Source of the DNA: an uncultured cyanobacterium
Lineage (GTDB): Bacteria; Cyanobacteriota; Cyanobacteriia; PCC-6307; Cyanobiaceae
DNA: 64,000 nt
Assembly: GCA_903935205.1 (NCBI GenBank)
Contig: CAIZQU010000152.1
Location: 24,404-88,403, forward strand
Direction: 5' to 3'
Shown here: piece after piece, positions 60,400 through 64,000 of the stretch
Position numbering within the stretch: the first letter of the stretch is position 1
Layout: every line of letters begins with the position of its first letter
Made by a program: the position numbers and the translations under genes
The notes under the pieces: generated by a model
What the model was told of the DNA's origin: nothing
The model's database searches: none
Seen by the model: the letters and a program-made list of their open reading frames with translations, nothing else

Positions 60400-62385
60400 T
60401 CAGGCCGCCAGGGATCGGGGCGCACCGATCGGGATTTCGGCGACGCTGAAATCACGGTGCAGCGATACCTCGTTGAGATAGCTGATCGGATCGTCGCTGT
60501 TGAAGGGGCGACCATCGAACAACGCGATCGCGGCTCGCTGATAGGTCACATCCTTCAGGCCGAGTTCGCGAGCGGCGGTGCTGTACACCCCGACCGAGCA
60601 GATGCGTTCGAGGATCTCCACGTAGTTGCGCGGGAACGGGATCTCCGCCCAGCGGGCCAGCTGGGTGATGATCCAGAGGTGCTCGCTGCGGCTGGGTCGG
60701 TTGACGCCGGGACCGAAGAACAGGTGATGGGGCACCGTGCTGTTGCCATCGGCGCTGGTCTCGCTGAACCAGATCAGCTCGGGTTTCATGCCCAGATAGC
60801 GACGATCGCTGAGCAGGCTGCTGAGTTCGGGCCAGTGGCTGGGCTGGGCGCAGTAGCGGCAGGCTTCAAGCAGCGCCTTGACCAGAGCGATGTGGGTGTT
60901 GGGGTAGGCGAGAGCCCAGTCCTCACGGACCCCCAGCACCTTGCCGGGATGGTCGCGCCAGATCGCCAGATCACCGGCCACCGTGAAGCCATGGCCCTCG
61001 GCAACGGCCCGGTCGAGCCAGGGGGCACCGATGCAGAAGCCATCGATGCTGCCGTCCTTCAGGTCGGCGAGCATCTGGGCGGGGGGCAGGGTCTGCAGAT
61101 GGACATCGCGGTCGGGATCGATCGCGTTGGCAGCCAGCCAGTAGCGCAACAACAGGTTGTGCATCGAGGCCGGATGCACGATGCCGAGGGTATGGGGCTC
61201 GCGCTCATGGCTCTGCAGCCAGGCGCGGTAATCATCCACGCTCTGGACGCCACCATCGGCCAATCGACGAGCCAGGGTGATGCCGTTGCCGTTGCGGCTC
61301 AGGGTGAGGGCGGTGACCACCGGCAGGGGATCACCGCCGTGGCCGCCGGCTGTCATCCAGGTGGGCATGCCCGAGGGCATCAGGGCCGCATCGAGGGTGC
61401 GGTCGAGCAGGCCGTCGGTGACGCCACGCCAGCTGCTCTCGCGCACCAGGGTGACCTCATCGAGGCCATGCTTGGCGAACAGTCCCTTGGCCTCAGCCAC
61501 CGCCAGCGGGGCACAGGCCGCGAGCGGCACGAAGCCAAGGTCAAGATTGACCTTCTCCAGGCCATGGCGGGCCAGCACCTTATGGGGTTTGGCCTGCCAC
61601 TGCTTGACCCGCTTCTGGCGGTTGAGGAAATAGATGATCTCCGAGCGCAGGCTGTAGTAGCTCGGGTGGTGCACCACCGTCATCCGCTCCCGCGGCCTCG
61701 GGATATCCACTTCAAGAATGCCACCAATCCTGGAGCCAGGACCGTTGGTGAGCATCACGATCCGATCCGAAAGCAGAACCGCCTCGTCCACATCATGGGT
61801 GACCATCACGGCGGTGAGGGCATGCTCATTGCAGATCTGCATGAGCTTCTCCTGGAGATTGCCGCGACTCAGGGCGTCGAGGGCACCGAACGGTTCATCC
61901 AGCAGCAACAGCTTGGGCCGGATCGCCAGGGCGCGGGCAATCGCCACCCGCTGGCGCATGCCACCGGAGAGCTCCCTGGGCAGTTTGTCGCCGGCGTGGC
62001 CGAGGCCGACCATGGCGATGTGATCCGCGATGATGCCGTCGCGCTCATCGCGGGAGAGGCCGGGCATCACCTCGTCGACGGCGAGAGCGATGTTCTGGCG
62101 CACCGTCAGCCAGGGCAGCAGCGAATAGTTCTGAAACACCACCATCTTGTCCGGCCCTGGCAGTTTGACGGTCTCACCATCGATGAGCACTGACCCGCCG
62201 GTGGGGGCATCGAGCCCAGCGATCAGGTTCAGAAGGGTGCTTTTTCCGCAGCCGGAGTGGCCGATGAGGGAGATGAACTCGCCTTTGCGGATGTCGAGAT
62301 CGATGCCCTTGAGGGCCAGATAATGGCCGCCACCACTGAGCGGGAAGTTCTTTTCGATCTCTTGGACTTCTACACGTTTTGTCAT
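60400..62385 (-). CDS. cmpC: Bicarbonate ABC transporter BCT1 ATPase C with C-terminal SBP-like regulatory domain
   Basis: IEKNFPLSGG.HYLALKGIDL, HHPSYYSLRSEIIYFLN, HRDFSVA match CmpC as recalled. Confidence 0.88.
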   Translation of the reverse strand: MTKRVEVQEIEKNFPLSGGGHYLALKGIDLDIRKGEFISLIGHSGCGKSTLLNLIAGLDAPTGGSVLIDGETVKLPGPDKMVVFQNYSLLPWLTVRQNIALAVDEVMPGLSRDERDGIIADHIAMVGLGHAGDKLPRELSGGMRQRVAIARALAIRPKLLLLDEPFGALDALSRGNLQEKLMQICNEHALTAVMVTHDVDEAVLLSDRIVMLTNGPGSRIGGILEVDIPRPRERMTVVHHPSYYSLRSEIIYFLNRQKRVKQWQAKPHKVLARHGLEKVNLDLGFVPLAACAPLAVAEAKGLFAKHGLDEVTLVRESSWRGVTDGLLDRTLDAALMPSGMPTWMTAGGHGGDPLPVVTALTLSRNGNGITLARRLADGGVQSVDDYRAWLQSHEREPHTLGIVHPASMHNLLLRYWLAANAIDPDRDVHLQTLPPAQMLADLKDGSIDGFCIGAPWLDRAVAEGHGFTVAGDLAIWRDHPGKVLGVREDWALAYPNTHIALVKALLEACRYCAQPSHWPELSSLLSDRRYLGMKPELIWFSETSADGNSTVPHHLFFGPGVNRPSRSEHLWIITQLARWAEIPFPRNYVEILERICSVGVYSTAARELGLKDVTYQRAAIALFDGRPFNSDDPISYLNEVSLHRDFSVAEIPIGAPRSLAA

Positions 62386-62404
62386 GGTCAGTAAGCAGGG
62401 GGAT

Positions 62405-62578
62405 TCAGGGACTGTGCTTCAGGAAATACCAGCTAGAACCGACCACCATGGCACTCATCAGAACAAACCGGATGACCAGGAAGCTGAGAATGCTGGCAGG
62501 TCGAATCAGCCGCTTTTCAAAGGCATCGACTCGCTGCTGGAATGCACGGAGTGGAGAGAGAAGACTGCGGCTAAACAT
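62405..62578 (-). CDS. Putative 57-aa single-TM protein inside the cmp operon
   Basis: Manual translation MFSRSLLSPLRAFQQRVDAFEKRLIRPASILSFLVIRFVLMSAMVVGSSWYFLKHSP; fills most of the cmpB-cmpC gap. Confidence 0.45.
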   Translation of the reverse strand: MFSRSLLSPLRAFQQRVDAFEKRLIRPASILSFLVIRFVLMSAMVVGSSWYFLKHSP

Positions 62579-62615
62579 CAGCGATGAAACTGGAGAGGCG
62601 AGTGGGATGAGAACG

Positions 62616-63461
62616 TCACTGCTTCGAAATCCGCCGCTGGAGCCAGGTCATCAGGCGGTCGAGGATCAGACCGATGGCACCGATCCAGACCACACCGAGA
62701 ACGATCTCCGAAACGTAGCTGTTCTGATAGGCATCCCAGATGAAGAAGCCAATGCCAGGGCTACCAGGCATCACGATCTCGGCTGCGATGATCGCCAACC
62801 AGGCAAGGCCTATCGAAATGCGAAGACCAGTAAAGATGTAGGGCAGAGCCGATGGAAGCAGGACCTTGGTAAAAAAGCGACGGTTTGACATCTGCAGCAC
62901 CAGCGCCACATTGCGATAGTCCTGAGGGATCTGGCGCACACCTTCAGCGGTGTTGATCAGAATCGGCCAGATCGAGGTGATGAAGATCACAAAGATGGCG
63001 GCTGGCTGATTGTTCTGGAACAGCACCAGCGCAATCGGCACCCAGGCCAGGGGCGCCACCATTCGCAGGAACTGGAACAGCGGGTCGAAAGCGCGGTCAA
63101 GGGTCTTGTTGAGGCCCACGGCAATGCCGACCGCAATCCCAACAATGGCAGCGAGGCTGTACCCAAGGGCCACCCTGCTCAAGCTGCTCATCGCATGCAG
63201 GAACAGGCCCTTATCAAGACCACCGCGATCGAAGAAGGGATAGAAAAGCAGTTCACGGGTGCGTTCCTCGGTGAACAGGCTCAAAGGGCCGGCGAGCTTG
63301 GTGAGACCGAGGCTGGCGCTGAGTTGCCAGAAGAGCAGGAAACCGGCCGTACCGAAGAAGGGAGGAAGAATGAGCTTGCCGTTCTTTCTCCACCACAGTG
63401 CCAGCCCAGAGGGGGCGGGCCGCTGTTCACGATTCGGACTGGGATTGATGCTGGTGGTCAT
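62616..63461 (-). CDS. cmpB: Bicarbonate ABC transporter BCT1 permease
   Basis: GPLSLFTEERTRELL, DRGGLDKGLF, LRMVAPLAWVP, NTAEG match CmpB rather than NrtB (LRTVPP, NTAVG) as recalled. Confidence 0.88.
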   Translation of the reverse strand: MTTSINPSPNREQRPAPSGLALWWRKNGKLILPPFFGTAGFLLFWQLSASLGLTKLAGPLSLFTEERTRELLFYPFFDRGGLDKGLFLHAMSSLSRVALGYSLAAIVGIAVGIAVGLNKTLDRAFDPLFQFLRMVAPLAWVPIALVLFQNNQPAAIFVIFITSIWPILINTAEGVRQIPQDYRNVALVLQMSNRRFFTKVLLPSALPYIFTGLRISIGLAWLAIIAAEIVMPGSPGIGFFIWDAYQNSYVSEIVLGVVWIGAIGLILDRLMTWLQRRISKQ

Positions 63462-63587
63462 GATCGAAATCCGGGGGTTGAAGGGGAGGAGAAGCGGTGG
63501 CAGGCCACCACAAAGGGGTCAGGCGTCTTCGCACTGCCAAGAACAGTCGCCGCCGAACGCATGGGGCGGGCGGCTTCTGCTCGACGA

Positions 63588-64000
63588 TCACTTCTTGATC
63601 GTCAGGGAACTGAGGTAAGCCTGGGGCTTTTCGGGGTCGTAGACGACACCATCGAAGAAGATCTCCTTGCCGCGGCTGGAGCCGCTGGGGATGTCCTTCA
63701 CAGGCACACCAACCTCCTTGGCGGCCTGCTTCCAGAGGTCCTCGCGGGTGACCTTCTCATTGATCGCTTTGGCCTGCTCGATCGTGTCGACGGTGCCAGG
63801 AAAGAACTTCCAGCGCATCGATTCGAGCAGGAACCATAGGGTGAGGCTTTTATAGGGATAGGAGATCACCCCGCGGTCGCTGTTCCAGAACAGCGGCCCC
63901 ATGGCGGGATCGCTCGCAACCTTGCCAGCGCTACCGATCTTGTACTGACCCTTGAGCGATTGCTGCAACACCGGCAGGGGTACGTTGTACCACTTGCGGG
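63588..64000 (-). CDS. cmpA: BCT1 substrate-binding protein, C-terminal part (truncated by window end)
   Basis: SYPYKS.LWFL.ES.RW, REDLWKQAA, FFDG..YDP.KP..YL. Confidence 0.85.
   Translation of the reverse strand, partial: RKWYNVPLPVLQQSLKGQYKIGSAGKVASDPAMGPLFWNSDRGVISYPYKSLTLWFLLESMRWKFFPGTVDTIEQAKAINEKVTREDLWKQAAKEVGVPVKDIPSGSSRGKEIFFDGVVYDPEKPQAYLSSLTIKK

Noticed and set aside
59516-63461. nrtBCD (nitrate) or cyanate transporter call
   Set aside because: Permease and ATPase motifs match CmpB/CmpC as recalled

Overview
GC-rich picocyanobacterial DNA (Cyanobium / freshwater Synechococcus-like; evidence: petG, cytM, chlI, CURT1/CAAD, crtL, cmpABCD, Yfr1). The backbone is housekeeping: dppB/dppA-like ABC transporter, hom, sufE, ygfA, ruvC, chlI, trmJ, cytM, petG, rsmD, hisH, trxA, Yfr1 sRNA, guaB3, gyrA, crtL, xth, larC and the BCT1 bicarbonate transporter. 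Accessory modules interrupt it: (1) three tandem cyanobacterial PEP-CTERM-type surface-protein genes; (2) a cupin plus a low-GC GT2; (3) a bestrophin-like membrane protein, a catalytically degenerate class III cyclase and an MscS channel whose cNMP-binding domain is also degenerate; (4) an iron block (fur, Crp-family regulator, futB, futA, a PEP-CTERM beta-propeller) with a Fur-box-like palindrome and a repeated CRP-spaced palindrome; (5) a DUF318/TIGR03943 metal-permease trio; (6) a Mre11/Rad50-like YhaO-YhaN pair; (7) a 57-codon membrane ORF between cmpB and cmpC that is below the ORF-track cutoff. No tRNA, rRNA, CRISPR array or transposase was seen. Family assignments come from recalled motifs, not database searches, and many start codons are my estimates.
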